From NCBI GenBank assembly GCA_965224085.1, contig CBDCYI010000004.1, positions 1,472,001-1,536,000 on the forward strand: a stretch of DNA of 64,000 nucleotides, given 5' to 3'. The notes below the pieces were generated by a model. The model was given only the letters and a program-made list of their open reading frames with translations. It was not told where the DNA came from and did no database searches. This DNA comes from Candidatus Marinacidobacterales bacterium. Lineage in GTDB: Bacteria > Acidobacteriota > Vicinamibacteria > Marinacidobacterales > SMYC01. The translations under genes and the position numbers were made by a program. The stretch's first letter is position 1; every line of letters begins with the position of its first letter. Shown here in pieces: positions 1 to 10,133 of this stretch.

Positions 1-1
1 A

Positions 2-2023
2 GCGGCGATCGCTCTTTTCGGAACGGCGCTTTTCGGTGGCGCGCTCCATCAGATCTCGATCTTCGGAATGGTCGTGGCGCTCGGCCTTCTCATCGATAAC
101 GCCATCGTCGTGGTTGATGAAGTGAAAAAGCACCTCAAGGGCGGAGATGATCCGTCGGCGGCCGTGTCCGCGTCGGTGCGTCATCTTTTCGTTCCGCTTT
201 TGGCTTCCACTCTCACGACGGTGCTCGCCTTCGCGCCCATCGTGCTCATGCCGGGGAGCGTCGGGGATTTCGTGGGCTCCATCGGGGGAAGCGTCATCCT
301 CGCGCTGATCGCGTCATTCGCGCTAGCGATGACCATCGTGCCCGCCCTCGCCGGGTGGCTAGCCGAAGCGCGGCCCGAAGCCGGGAAGCGCTCTTGGTTG
401 AGGAGCGGCGTCGGCGGCAAGCGGTTTGCGCTCCTGACGAGGCGCGGTCTCGTCCGGGGTTTGCGCGTCCCCATCGTGATGCTTGCCCTCGCCTCAGTGC
501 TTCCCGTTGCTAGCTTCGTCGCTTCTCGAAGCCTCGGAAGCCAGTTCTTCCTGCCTGTCGATCGCGACATGTTCGACCTAAAACTGTGGCTCCCGACGGA
601 AGCTGCGATCGAGCGCACGCGGACCGAAGTCGAGGCGATCGAGTCCCTGCTGCGCGAGGAGTTGGGCGTCCGCCGCGTGGATTGGCTCATCGGTGGAAGC
701 TTCCCGTCGGTGTACTACAACGCCGTCATGAATCAAGATGACGCCCGCCACCACGCGCAGGCCGTCGTTACCGCCCGCTCGAGCGAGGAGGTGAAACGAC
801 TCATCCCGGTGATCCAGCGGCGGCTCGACGAGGCCTTTCCCGGGGCGCAGATCGTGGTGAGCCAGTTTGCCCAGGGACCACCCGTCGAGGCCGACGTGGA
901 GTTTCGCCTCTATGGTCCCAGCATCGAGACTTTGCAGGATCTCGGCGATGAGCTCCGCCTACGTCTCGCCGAGCATCCCGGCGTGCTGCATAGCCAAGCG
1001 ACCATGGGGCGGGGCGAGCCAAAGCTATGGCTCGACGCGGACGAGCAAGAGGCACGGCTTGCGGGCCTGACCCTGTCGGATATCGCCACCCAGCTTCAAG
1101 GAGGCCTCGAAGGTACGCTCGGGGGCTCCGTCATCGAGGATTTGGAAGAGCTGGACGTGCGGATCCGCTTCGAGGACGAGCGTCGGAACGAGCTGTTCGA
1201 CATCGGCTCGACGCAGCTGACGGCCGCCGGTCGGTCAGGCTGGACATCGCTCTCGGTTCTCGGCGAGCTCGCGCTTCGTCCGGAGGTGTCCGCGATCACG
1301 CGCCATGACGGCCTCCGTGCCAACTTGATCCACGGCTATACACGAAAGGGCGCCCTTGCCATCGATGTCACCAATGAGGTGCTCAGAGAGCTCGAAGACA
1401 CGGGGTTTTTCCTGCCATCCGGGTACCGGCTTTCGATCGGCGGCGATGCGGAGGACGAGAAGACAGCCATCGGCAACTTGATGATCTATCTTCCCGTGCT
1501 CCTCACCCTCATGATCGCAACGATTGTTCTGTCGTTCAGGAGCGTTCGCCTGGCACTGGCGCTCGGCGTCGTAGCGATCCAGTCCATCGGACTCGCTCTT
1601 CTCGCCACGTGGGCCTACGGCTTCCCTGTGAGCTTCACGACGATTCTGGGAACGCTTGGGCTCATCGGCGTGGCACTCAATGACAGCATCGTGGTTCTCG
1701 CCGCCATTCGATCGAACCCCGCCGCCCGCCGGGGCGATGTGGAGGCGATGGCCGACGAAGTTGTCGGAACGTTGCGGCATGTCATCTCGACGACCTTGAC
1801 CACTGTGGGCGGCTTCCTGCCCCTTCTCGTCTTCGTCGGCGGTGACTTCTGGCCGCCGCTCGCGATCGTGTTGGCGGGAGGCGTCTCGGGAGCGACCATC
1901 CTCGCGGTGGTCTTCGTGCCTGCTGCTTATCGGCTCGTGATGACAGCGAGTTTCGACTTCCGCCGGCTCGCGGAGCTCGGTCGCTTCGCGCCGTTCTTCT
2001 CCGCAAAGAGAGTCGAATCATGA
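2..2023 (+). CDS. RND efflux permease, AcrB/AcrD/AcrF family (5'-partial)
   Basis: ORF open from window start; 'ALGLLIDNAIVV', 'STLTTVLAFAP', 'GLIGVALNDSIV' and 'FWPPLAIVLAGG' RND transmembrane motifs. Confidence 0.93.
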   Translation, partial: AAIALFGTALFGGALHQISIFGMVVALGLLIDNAIVVVDEVKKHLKGGDDPSAAVSASVRHLFVPLLASTLTTVLAFAPIVLMPGSVGDFVGSIGGSVILALIASFALAMTIVPALAGWLAEARPEAGKRSWLRSGVGGKRFALLTRRGLVRGLRVPIVMLALASVLPVASFVASRSLGSQFFLPVDRDMFDLKLWLPTEAAIERTRTEVEAIESLLREELGVRRVDWLIGGSFPSVYYNAVMNQDDARHHAQAVVTARSSEEVKRLIPVIQRRLDEAFPGAQIVVSQFAQGPPVEADVEFRLYGPSIETLQDLGDELRLRLAEHPGVLHSQATMGRGEPKLWLDADEQEARLAGLTLSDIATQLQGGLEGTLGGSVIEDLEELDVRIRFEDERRNELFDIGSTQLTAAGRSGWTSLSVLGELALRPEVSAITRHDGLRANLIHGYTRKGALAIDVTNEVLRELEDTGFFLPSGYRLSIGGDAEDEKTAIGNLMIYLPVLLTLMIATIVLSFRSVRLALALGVVAIQSIGLALLATWAYGFPVSFTTILGTLGLIGVALNDSIVVLAAIRSNPAARRGDVEAMADEVVGTLRHVISTTLTTVGGFLPLLVFVGGDFWPPLAIVLAGGVSGATILAVVFVPAAYRLVMTASFDFRRLAELGRFAPFFSAKRVES

Positions 2024-2700
2024 AAGTTAGGAGAAAACCCATGGGTCGTATTTGGATAATACTTTTGCTAGTCATGGCCGCAGGTGGTTGCTCGGTGGGT
2101 CCCGAGATCGTCACACCCGACGTTGCCATGGCCTGGAGCTGGATCGAGCCGACGGTCTCGTCGAGCGCGCCCCCGGTTGTTGCATGGTGGACAACGCTCG
2201 ACGACCCGACGCTTACGTCTTATGTCGAGCGCGCCGTCGCCAGAAACCATGACATTCGGATCGCCGTCGCGCGCGTGCGCGAGGCAAAAGCACTTCGACG
2301 CGCCACCGCTGGCGGTCATTACCCGGACATCGCGGCTGGCGGCGGCGCCGCGCGCCTTCGCGGAAGCGAGAACGGATTCGGCCCGGGCCCAGCGCTTGTC
2401 CGCGAAGGCTTCGGAAGCCTCGAAGACAACCTCTTCAACCTCGAGCTCGATGCCTCCTGGGAAATCGACGTTTTTGGCGCCACTCGAAGCGCTGTCGACG
2501 CCGCGAGCGCGCGGCTCGATGCCGCGATCGAGAACCGGCGGGAGGTACAGCTCATGGTGGTCTCCGAAGTAGCGCTCAGCTACATAGGAGTTCGAGGTGC
2601 GCAGCAGCGCTTTTTGATCGCCGAGGACAATGTTCGCATCCAGACCGAGACTCTGGAATTTGTGGACGATCAACGGGCGACGGGTTTCGCGAGCGCCCTG
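2020..2700 (+). pseudogene. N-terminal part of NodT/OprM/TolC outer-membrane efflux lipoprotein, truncated
   Basis: Lipobox 'AAGGC', 'WWTTLDDPTL', 'ARNHDIRIAVARVREA', 'LDASWEIDVFG'; resemblance ends near 'ATGFASAL'. Confidence 0.8.
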
Positions 2701-4827
2701 GTATCGGAGAAACTTCGTGGGAAGCACGAGCAAGAAAACAAGATTCTCACGGCGCGTCTCGCAACAGCCGAGAAGGAGTGTGACGAGGGACGTGTCGAAG
2801 CTTCAAAGCTCGAAGGGCAGATCGAAGAGCTTCACCGGAGGCTCGAACGCTCGAACGAAGTAGCCGAGGGAGGGCAGGAACGCCACGAGCAAGAGATCGT
2901 TAAATTCGAGAACACTCTTACCGAGGAACGGAAACAGGCGGACGCGACGCGTCAAGAGCTCTACGCGCAACTCACGGAACAACGCACGCAACACGCACGA
3001 GCCCTCGAAGAGCTCGAGAAGAAGCTCCTGGAGGAACGAGCCACGGCGACGTCGGAGCTCGAGAAAAAGCACCGTGCGCAGTCGGACGAAGTGGTTGGCG
3101 GGTGGAAGCGTTCCCTCGCCGAAGCGAGGGATGCGCACGAGAAAGAGCTGTCCACCCTCCGTTCGCGCCTCGGCGCTATGGAGCGCGCCGAGACAGCGGC
3201 ACGAGAAAGTCTGAAGCGCGCGTCCGAGGAGAGCACGGCCAAGCTCCAGGATCTCGAGAAGCGCTACGAGGAAAAGACTTCATCACTTGTCAAAAAGCAC
3301 GATGCCGAGCGCGCGGAGCTTCTGGCCACGGCTGCTTCCACCCTCGAATCGAAAGAAGAGGCGTTCGAGGAGCTCACCGAAAAGATCCAAAGAGCGCGGA
3401 AGAACCTGGAGGTCGAGAGACGGGACAGCCAAAAGACGCAGGAGAGATACGAGGACGAGCTTTCGAGTCTGCGGGAGACCCAGGCAAAGAATCTGGAGCA
3501 CGCTGAACAGGACAAAATGACTGCCCTCGCCGAGCTCTCTCGCAAGTCCAAAGAAGCCCGGACGAAGGCACTCGAGATCGAGCGTGCCCGTCTGCAGGAG
3601 ACGGCGGACGAAGTTCAGAAACAGCACGAGGAAGAGGTTGCGGCCCTCGAGGAGCGGCAACGTGCCGCGCTCAAAGACAGCGACGCGGCGCACGAAAGCG
3701 CGTTAGCGCAGAAGGCTCATGATCTCGACCAGATGAGCGCCAAGCACCGTGACGACCTTGCGGATGCACGGCGCGAGTACAAGAAAACGCTCGCCAAGCT
3801 TTCTCGGCAGTCCGAAGAAGCCCAGACGAAGGCGCTCGAACTCGAGCGCCGCCGCGCGCGTGACACGGCGGTCGAGGTTCAGAAAAAGAACGAGGAGGAG
3901 GTTGCGGCACTCAAGCAGCGGCGACGCGCCGGTTTGACGCACAAGGCCCGTGATCTCGATCAAATGAGCGCCAAGCACCGTGAAGAGCTCGAGGATGCGC
4001 GGCGCGAGTACAGCAACGGGCTCGCCGAGCGGGATCGCGCCGCTCAAGCGCTCAATAAGGCCATCGAACGAACGAAAGCCGACGATAGCGAGCGAGAGCT
4101 GTTGCGCGGGAAACACGCGGAGTCGCTGGCGGCCCTTCGAAAGGAGCTCGATGCATTGGGGCATACCCATCGGATCACACTCGCCCAACGAGCCGAGACC
4201 GCCACGAAGATGCTTCAGGAGGTCGAGGCGGAACGCGACGAAGCGCGTAGGGCGGCGAACGATATTCGCGCTCAGCTCGCGGAGAGCCAAAAAAAGTACC
4301 AGACCGAACGTCAGCAGCTCGAGCAGCGCGAGGGCGAATATTCCGCCGAGCTAAAGCGGCTCCGCGCCGCCATCGCACGCGAGCAGCAAGAATCTCGCTT
4401 CACGCGACAGGCGGCACGTATTAGTGACGCGATGCAGGATCGCCACGAGAGGGAAATCTCGGAGCTCGACGCGCGCCGCGCGCACGACGCGAAACGGGCA
4501 GAAAAAACTTTGATGAAGAAGCTCGAGCATCTCGAGAAAACGTTGAACCAGAAAGCCAAAAACGCCGCGGCCGACCGAGAGCGAGAGTGGACAGCCAGGC
4601 TCGAGAGGATGCGGCGTGAGTACGAGACGTCCAACGCGGCCTTGCGCAAAGAGATCGAGCACAAGGTCGGCGTTGCCGGGCATCGCTCGGAAGACGCCTC
4701 CGGGGAGCTCGCCGAGCTGAAGGCAAAGCTCGAGGAGCTGTCTCAGGAGCTTAGAAAAGCGCGCAAGGAAGTCGGCCTGCGCGACGAGCTCATTGCCGCA
4801 ACTGTAAGAAAGACTAATTCCCGCTAA
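2701..4827 (+). CDS. Long E/K/R/A-rich coiled-coil protein (C-terminal part, in frame with the OMF fragment)
   Basis: About 700 aa of heptad-like charged helix with an internal duplicated block ('DLDQMSAKHR..ARREY' twice). Confidence 0.65.
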   Translation, partial: VSEKLRGKHEQENKILTARLATAEKECDEGRVEASKLEGQIEELHRRLERSNEVAEGGQERHEQEIVKFENTLTEERKQADATRQELYAQLTEQRTQHARALEELEKKLLEERATATSELEKKHRAQSDEVVGGWKRSLAEARDAHEKELSTLRSRLGAMERAETAARESLKRASEESTAKLQDLEKRYEEKTSSLVKKHDAERAELLATAASTLESKEEAFEELTEKIQRARKNLEVERRDSQKTQERYEDELSSLRETQAKNLEHAEQDKMTALAELSRKSKEARTKALEIERARLQETADEVQKQHEEEVAALEERQRAALKDSDAAHESALAQKAHDLDQMSAKHRDDLADARREYKKTLAKLSRQSEEAQTKALELERRRARDTAVEVQKKNEEEVAALKQRRRAGLTHKARDLDQMSAKHREELEDARREYSNGLAERDRAAQALNKAIERTKADDSERELLRGKHAESLAALRKELDALGHTHRITLAQRAETATKMLQEVEAERDEARRAANDIRAQLAESQKKYQTERQQLEQREGEYSAELKRLRAAIAREQQESRFTRQAARISDAMQDRHEREISELDARRAHDAKRAEKTLMKKLEHLEKTLNQKAKNAAADREREWTARLERMRREYETSNAALRKEIEHKVGVAGHRSEDASGELAELKAKLEELSQELRKARKEVGLRDELIAATVRKTNSR

Positions 4828-4907
4828 ACCGCGGAGCCCTCGAAGAAAAACGCGCCTTTCTGAGCCGGGAAACGACCCTCTCTCCGTGCTCGCAGTAGAA
4901 TAGGCCG

Positions 4908-5507
4908 ATGCTCCCGAGCGTTGTTTGGCTGCTTTCGCTGCTTGTTGCGTCTCAAGATTGGCCTCAACACCTGGGCCCCAGCCGCGACGGCGTGTACACC
5001 GGCGGGCATATTTCGGAAGCCGCGCCGGCGCTCGTGTGGAAAACGGATGTCGGGCAGGGTTTCAGTGCGCCCGTGGTCAAAGGTGGCCGGCTCATCCTCT
5101 TTCACCGCGTCGACAACCGGGAGCGCGTCGATGCCCTCGACGCGGAATCAGGTGAGCTTCTCTGGTCTTCCGGTTATGCCACTGCCTATCGCGACGATTT
5201 CGGTTTCGACGAGGGGCCGCGGGCGACGCCCACGGTTGACGGCGGCAGAGTGTTCACCTTTGGTGCGCAGGGAGTGCTCCAAGCGCTCGATTTCGAGACG
5301 GGTAAGAAGATTTGGAGCGTCGATACGCCTGCGCGTTTCGGCGTGCGCAAAGGCTGGTTTGGCGCCGCGTCGTCCTCTCTCGTCGTCGAGGACAAGCTGC
5401 TCCACAACGTAGGAAGCCGCGACGGAGCTGGGATCGTAGCGTTCGACACGGCTACCGGAAAAGTTTTGTGGCAGGCCACGGATGACGAAGTGAGCTACTC
5501 GTCGCCA
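4908..5507 (+). pseudogene. PQQ-binding-like beta-propeller protein, truncated
   Basis: 'QDWPQHLGPSRDG', 'GFSAPVV', 'GPRATPTVDGGRV', 'YSSP'; resemblance stops at about 5507. Confidence 0.8.
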
Positions 5508-5660
5508 CACGGCATCGATGCTGCGCAAGTTATTGATATCGGCCAGCGGATCGTCGTCGAGCACGATAAAGTCGGCCCAGTTGCCGGCTTCGAGCGTACC
5601 GATATCGGTGAAGCCCAAACACTGCGCCGCGTCGCCCGTCGCCGACATGAGAATTTGTTT
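5499..5660 (-). pseudogene. Amidohydrolase C-terminal fragment
   Basis: 'SATGDAAQCLGFTDIGTLEAGNWADFIVLDDDPLADINNLRSIDAVW' is the typical amidohydrolase tail. Confidence 0.75.
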
Positions 5661-5804
5661 GGCCGGGAAAAAGAAGCTGGAGTTGCACGACGGCCAGAGC
5701 TTTCTTGCCGAGCTCCAGAAAAAGGGCAAACGCGCTCGAGCCCCAAAACGCAAAGCGGTCTAAAACCCTACGACCGCTGGCTCTCGCAGCTACAATGGAG
5801 GCGT

Positions 5805-6119
5805 ATGGTCTATCTGCACGTTACGTTTCATCTGGAGGCGCAGGACGTGGATCGGTTCGAGACCTTCTACGCCGAAGAGTTCTATCCCGTCATCCAAGGG
5901 CACGGCTTCGAAGCCGTTGGGATTTTCAAGACCCTCGTCGGGGTCGCCGGGGAGTTCACGGAGATATGGAGATTTCGCGACCTTCAGGACTACGAGCGAA
6001 AATGGAAAGCGTTCATGTGCGATCCCAAAGTCCAAAAGATCTTCGAGACGACCGGTCCGATGGTGAAAGGGGAGTCGTTCAAGCTCACCGAGAGCGCGGC
6101 TTTTCTGGACGCGCCTTGA
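5805..6119 (+). CDS. NIPSNAP-family protein
   Basis: GGAG before ATG at 5805; 'VGIFKTLVGVAGEFTEIWRFRDLQDYE' pattern. Confidence 0.75.
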   Translation: MVYLHVTFHLEAQDVDRFETFYAEEFYPVIQGHGFEAVGIFKTLVGVAGEFTEIWRFRDLQDYERKWKAFMCDPKVQKIFETTGPMVKGESFKLTESAAFLDAP

Positions 6120-6131
6120 GCTTTTGCTAAG

Positions 6132-6998
6132 ATGGCTTCTGTGAAGCCCTATGGCGGGCACTCGTCCAAAACGCTGCGGCGCGTTTTGGTTTGCGAGCCG
6201 CAAACCGCCGGTTGGGGTCAAGCTGCCGGCTGGCGTGAGCTCGGCTATTTCCACGCGCCACGGCTCGACGAGGCCGAATCACAGCATGCCGGTTTGGTCG
6301 CCGCTCTCGATAAGGTTGGCGCCGAAGTCTCGCGGCTTCCCGGTGGCGACGGCGTATCGCTCGACGCGGTCTACGCGCACGACGCCTCGTTTCCGACGAA
6401 CCACGGGATGATGCACATGCACATGGGTAAGTCGACCCGCCGCGGCGAGCCAGATCTCCATCGGCGGTTTTTCGAGGCGCAATCGATCCCGGTGCTCGGT
6501 ACGGTCGAGCCTCCCGGGCTCACCGAGGCCGGCGACATGCTGTGGCTCGACGAGAGCACGATCTTGATCGGGGAAGGCTATCGGACGAATGCCGAAGGCA
6601 TCGACCAAGTGCGGAACTGCTCGCGCCTCACGGTGTCGAAGTGATTGCCTGGGCGCTCCCGTATGGTCCAGGGCCCGATGCTTGCCTGCACCTGATGTCG
6701 CTCATCAGCATTCTGGACGAGCGCGCCGCCATCGTCGACTTGCGCTGGCTATCGGTTCCCACCGTTCGGCTTCTCGAGGCGCGGGGATTTACGCTCATCG
6801 AGATCGAAGACGAAGAGCGCGACGCGCTCGCCTGCAACGTCCTCGCGTCAACAAGCTTCTCACGATTGCGGAGAACGAGAAAACGAACGCGCGATTAGAG
6901 GAAGAAGGCTTCGAAGTGATGACCTATGAAGCTTCGGAAATCAGCGCGAACGGCTCGGGTGGCCAACTTGCCTGACGCGTCCCATCTGGCGAACCTGA
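6132..6998 (+). pseudogene. Amidinotransferase/dimethylargininase (DDAH) family, frameshifted
   Basis: 'DAVYAHDA', 'TEAGDMLWLD', 'YRTNAEG', 'CLHLMS', 'ACNVL' and 'GSGG(P)TCLTRP' are spread over different frames. Confidence 0.85.
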
Positions 6999-7029
6999 GA
7001 CTAAGCCTGAGACTAAGCCTGAGACTAAG
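6994..7029 (+). repeat. 12-bp tandem repeat (CCTGAGACTAAG)x3
   Basis: Directly visible; overlaps the DDAH stop codon. Confidence 0.9.
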
Positions 7030-7038
7030 ATTGACGCG

Positions 7039-7311
7039 ATGTCCAAATCCGTGAAAATCGTCCTCGTGCTTCTCGTGCTCGGAGCCGTGGCCTATATCGT
7101 CACCTCTTCGATAGCGACCTCCAAGCTCAGCTGCGAGGTGTGCATCGATTTCAAAGGACGAAAAGCCTGCCGCACCGCGCGCGGACCGACGCGCGAAGAA
7201 GCCACTCAGACCGCGCTCGGAAACGCTTGCGCGCAGGTCGTGAGCGGCCGCACGGAGAATATCTTGTGCGGTGGAAGCGCGCCCGCCACAGTGGCGTGTA
7301 GCGGCGAATAG
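7039..7311 (+). CDS. Small membrane-anchored Cys-rich hypothetical protein
   Basis: N-terminal hydrophobic helix; 6 Cys including 'CEVC'. Confidence 0.7.
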   Translation: MSKSVKIVLVLLVLGAVAYIVTSSIATSKLSCEVCIDFKGRKACRTARGPTREEATQTALGNACAQVVSGRTENILCGGSAPATVACSGE

Positions 7312-7522
7312 ATCAGACGACCGCCGCGAGACCGCCTACGCGCATACCCTTGTTGCTCGTTTCGGGTTCGATTCTTTGTGTCTCCTGCCACAACGGTGTC
7401 AGCAAAGGCGCGTGACGTTCGACCCTGCTGACAGAAGGCTGTCAGGAGCCCCGGTGCATGATGTTGCTCGAGTCCGATGCGGCGCGATGAGCGCGCCGCT
7501 GGCGATGAAGAGGAGATATCCA

Positions 7523-7879
7523 ATGCAGCACCCAGTTGTGTGGTTCGAGGTTATGGGCGAGAACGGTGAACGTTCGCAGTCGTTCTACAGCAAGCTCTTC
7601 GGGTGGAAGATCGATGCCAGCAATCCGATGAAGTACGGGATGGTCGAAGCGGTGAACGGCCAAGGCATTCCCGGTGGCGTCGGGCAGCTCGGAGACCAGC
7701 CGTGGCCCAAAGTCACGTTCTACGTGTCGACGGAATCCGTGAGTGCCTCGCTCGAGCAAGCCGAAAAGCTCGGAGGCAAGGTTCTGGTGCCGCGCACCGC
7801 GATGCCGGACGGCCCCGTTCTCGGGATTTTTACGGACCCCGACGACAACGCCATCGGCCTCGTCGAGGAGAGCGCGTAG
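7523..7879 (+). CDS. VOC/glyoxalase family protein
   Basis: AGGAG RBS; 'HPVVWFEV', 'FYSKLFGW', 'FTDPDDNAIGL'. Confidence 0.9.
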   Translation: MQHPVVWFEVMGENGERSQSFYSKLFGWKIDASNPMKYGMVEAVNGQGIPGGVGQLGDQPWPKVTFYVSTESVSASLEQAEKLGGKVLVPRTAMPDGPVLGIFTDPDDNAIGLVEESA

Positions 7880-7928
7880 AGGTCGATCCTGCCCCGATCG
7901 GTGTATCTGCCGTACCATAGCCGGTGTT

Positions 7929-8634
7929 GTGAGACGCGCCGATCGACTCTTCCAGATCATCCAGCTGCTTCGCGGCCGGAGGCGGGCGGTCACCGCCTCC
8001 TGGCTTGCGGAGCGGCTTTCCGTTTCCGAGCGCACGGTATACCGTGACATCCGGGACCTCATAGCCACGGGAACGCCCATCCAGGGCGAAGCCGGGGTCG
8101 GCTACACGATACGCCGGGACTACGACCTTCCTCCGCTCATGTTCGACGCCGAAGAGCTCGAAGCTCTCGTTCTGGGAGCTCGGCTCGTGGGCGCCTTTGG
8201 CGATGAATCTCTCGTAGGCCCCGCGCGCTCCGCCATGTCGAAAGTCGAAACGGTGCTGCCGTCGCGCTTGAAAGTCGCAGGGCCCCGCCCCCGCCCTCTA
8301 CGCGCCGCGCACGTTCGGAGCCGAGATGCGCGCTCAGGCGCTCCACACCGTGCGCGGGGCCTTGACGGAAAAGCGCAAGCTGAAGCTTCGATACCAGAAG
8401 GAAGATGAAGAGGTTTCCGACCGTACGGTCCTTCCGTTGGGCGCGTTTTTCTGGGGGCGAAGCTGGACGCTTACCGCGTGGTGCGAGCTACGAAACGACT
8501 TTCGCAACTTTCGGCTCGATCGGGTCCTCGAGCTCCTGCCAATGGACGAAACATTCACCGACGAGCCCGGGCGAACCCTTCGTGACTACCTGCGCGGCAT
8601 GGGTCCTACCGCCGAGCAAATCCTTGACGACTGA
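7929..8634 (+). pseudogene. YafY-family HTH-WYL transcriptional regulator, frameshifted at about 8280
   Basis: 'RRADRLFQIIQLLR', 'SVSERTVYRDI', 'AWCELRNDFRNFRLDR'. Confidence 0.9.
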
Positions 8635-8693
8635 CGACTTCTGTTGACGTAGAATCGGGCGTCACGAATACTGAGGCACGGAGGAAATTCGAG

Positions 8694-8960
8694 ATGATGC
8701 AGCAAGCAAAGCGGCTTTCTTCGGATCGCAGGTTGGGCGATGAGTTGATGCGGGAAGCCCTCGAGCACCGAGTAAACCAAAGCAGCGAGTACGAAAAGGC
8801 TAAGAACCGGCACCTCAAACTCCTGGAACGTGGTTTCGATTTGGGTTCGGGAGGCAATCTAGCAGTTTCTCGGGACGACTTCATGACCGACGCTAAGGTC
8901 TTCCTCGATGCCAACGTCTTGGTGTACGCACACGATATTTCGGCCGGGACCAAGCACCCT
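8694..8960 (+). pseudogene. Antitoxin plus truncated PIN (VapC-like) toxin remnant
   Basis: Antitoxin-like tail 'LERGFDLGSGG..SRDD'; PIN start 'MTDAKVFLDANVLVYAHD' at 8883. Confidence 0.7.
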
Positions 8961-9016
8961 TTTTCATCGAGACCTTCTGCCCACGTCTGTTTCAACGTAC
9001 CGCGTCCCGATCGCCA

Positions 9017-9526
9017 TTAGTCGTCCATCAAATCCTTGAGCGCTTCGGCGTGCGTCTCCAAGAAGAGACGATCTTTGGGACGATTTGCTTTGGCCTTGGA
9101 CGCAACGATGTGCGTTAGCCGCGCCACCGGAATCTCGACGTCTTCGACACGGAACACACGTTGCTCGTTCCACACTTGCTCGAAATCGAATCCCGCCATA
9201 ACGAACGTGAGATCGACTTCCAGACCGTGGTCGTCCGTTGCTTTGGTCAGTGCCTTTCGTTCGACGACACGATCAGCTAGCAAATGGTCGAGTGGCTTCC
9301 CCAGTGGCTCGGCGCCTGCCCAGAGCTGCAGTCCCTGAGCTTCGATCGTCCGCCAAACGGTTAGCAGGTTCTCCGGGTCCGGCGGAAGGAAAAGGTCGCG
9401 GTCCTTCGTCGTGAATAGGGTCGCTCCCGATATCGCATAGTAGTTCACGCCAGCGACGCCGATGAGTACATATCTTGCTGGCTCACGCGAAAGTGCGCTC
9501 ATGAGCCGGAGGAAAGAATCCGTCAC
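9017..9526 (-). CDS. Pol-beta-fold nucleotidyltransferase (AbiEii/DUF6036-like)
   Basis: 'YVLIGVAGV', 'TKDRDLF', 'IPVARLTHIVASKAKANRPKD'. Confidence 0.75.
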   Translation of the reverse strand: MTDSFLRLMSALSREPARYVLIGVAGVNYYAISGATLFTTKDRDLFLPPDPENLLTVWRTIEAQGLQLWAGAEPLGKPLDHLLADRVVERKALTKATDDHGLEVDLTFVMAGFDFEQVWNEQRVFRVEDVEIPVARLTHIVASKAKANRPKDRLFLETHAEALKDLMDD

Positions 9527-9529
9527 GTC

Positions 9530-9754
9530 TCAGCGCACGCGAGCGGCCTGTTGGTAGTGGCGATCCCAGTTGCCAATTGCTTTGTCGACCCAAGTCTTGT
9601 CCTCACCGCTCTGGTTTCGCGGGAGAGCCTCGACCCGGGCCACCGCCTTCAGGTACGCCTCGGCGAGGGGCACGTCCGGCTCCTCGGGTCGAGGCGCGCG
9701 CGCGTAGGCGTATGTTTCGGGCGTTCGATCGATCATGACCACGATCCTGTCCAT
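9530..9754 (-). CDS. Small hypothetical protein directly upstream of the nucleotidyltransferase
   Basis: 74-aa ORF ending 3 nt before the NTase start. Confidence 0.55.
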   Translation of the reverse strand: MDRIVVMIDRTPETYAYARAPRPEEPDVPLAEAYLKAVARVEALPRNQSGEDKTWVDKAIGNWDRHYQQAARVR

Positions 9755-10048
9755 ATAATATCAGGGCGACGTTCTGAGAAGCGCCCAACCCGTCGTCGGG
9801 ATGTATGGGGCGTAGCTCAACTGGCCCGCGGGGCGCGTGGTCTCGGTCCGGCTGCAAACAAAGCGTTGGGATGATGCCGAACAGCAGGCCGGCCAGCAGC
9901 GTCCGCTCGCCTCATTGGTTCGCGGCCGCGCGTTGATGCCGCCGCCAACAACGGCGCTCGTTTCTGTCATTCGAAAAATGAGTACGGCAGGAACTGAAAT
10001 CCCGCTTCCGAGGTTGATTCTCTCTTCTAAGACCGCTAGATTTGGCCG

Positions 10049-10118
10049 ATGGCTCTCCTCGCCGGAACGCGCCTAGGCCCCTACGAGATTCTTGGGCCGA
10101 TAGGTGCGGGGGGTATGG
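10049..10118 (+). pseudogene. N-terminus of a Hanks-type Ser/Thr kinase interrupted by IS110
   Basis: Translates MALLAGTRLGPYEILGPIGAGGM(G); kinase sequence stops at the IS end. Confidence 0.9.
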
Positions 10119-10133
10119 ACTCCCCACGCCGGA

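Noticed and set aside
4908-6119. 403-aa PQQ-NIPSNAP fusion ORF
   Set aside because: Read-through across chimeric fragments; NIPSNAP has its own RBS and ATG at 5805.
7523-8634. WYL regulator as a marker of a defence island
   Set aside because: YafY next to a VOC gene is a common non-defence pairing.
9806-9825. TGGGGCGTAGCTCAACTGGC resembles a tRNA 5' end
   Set aside because: No anticodon arm, T-arm or acceptor complement follows.
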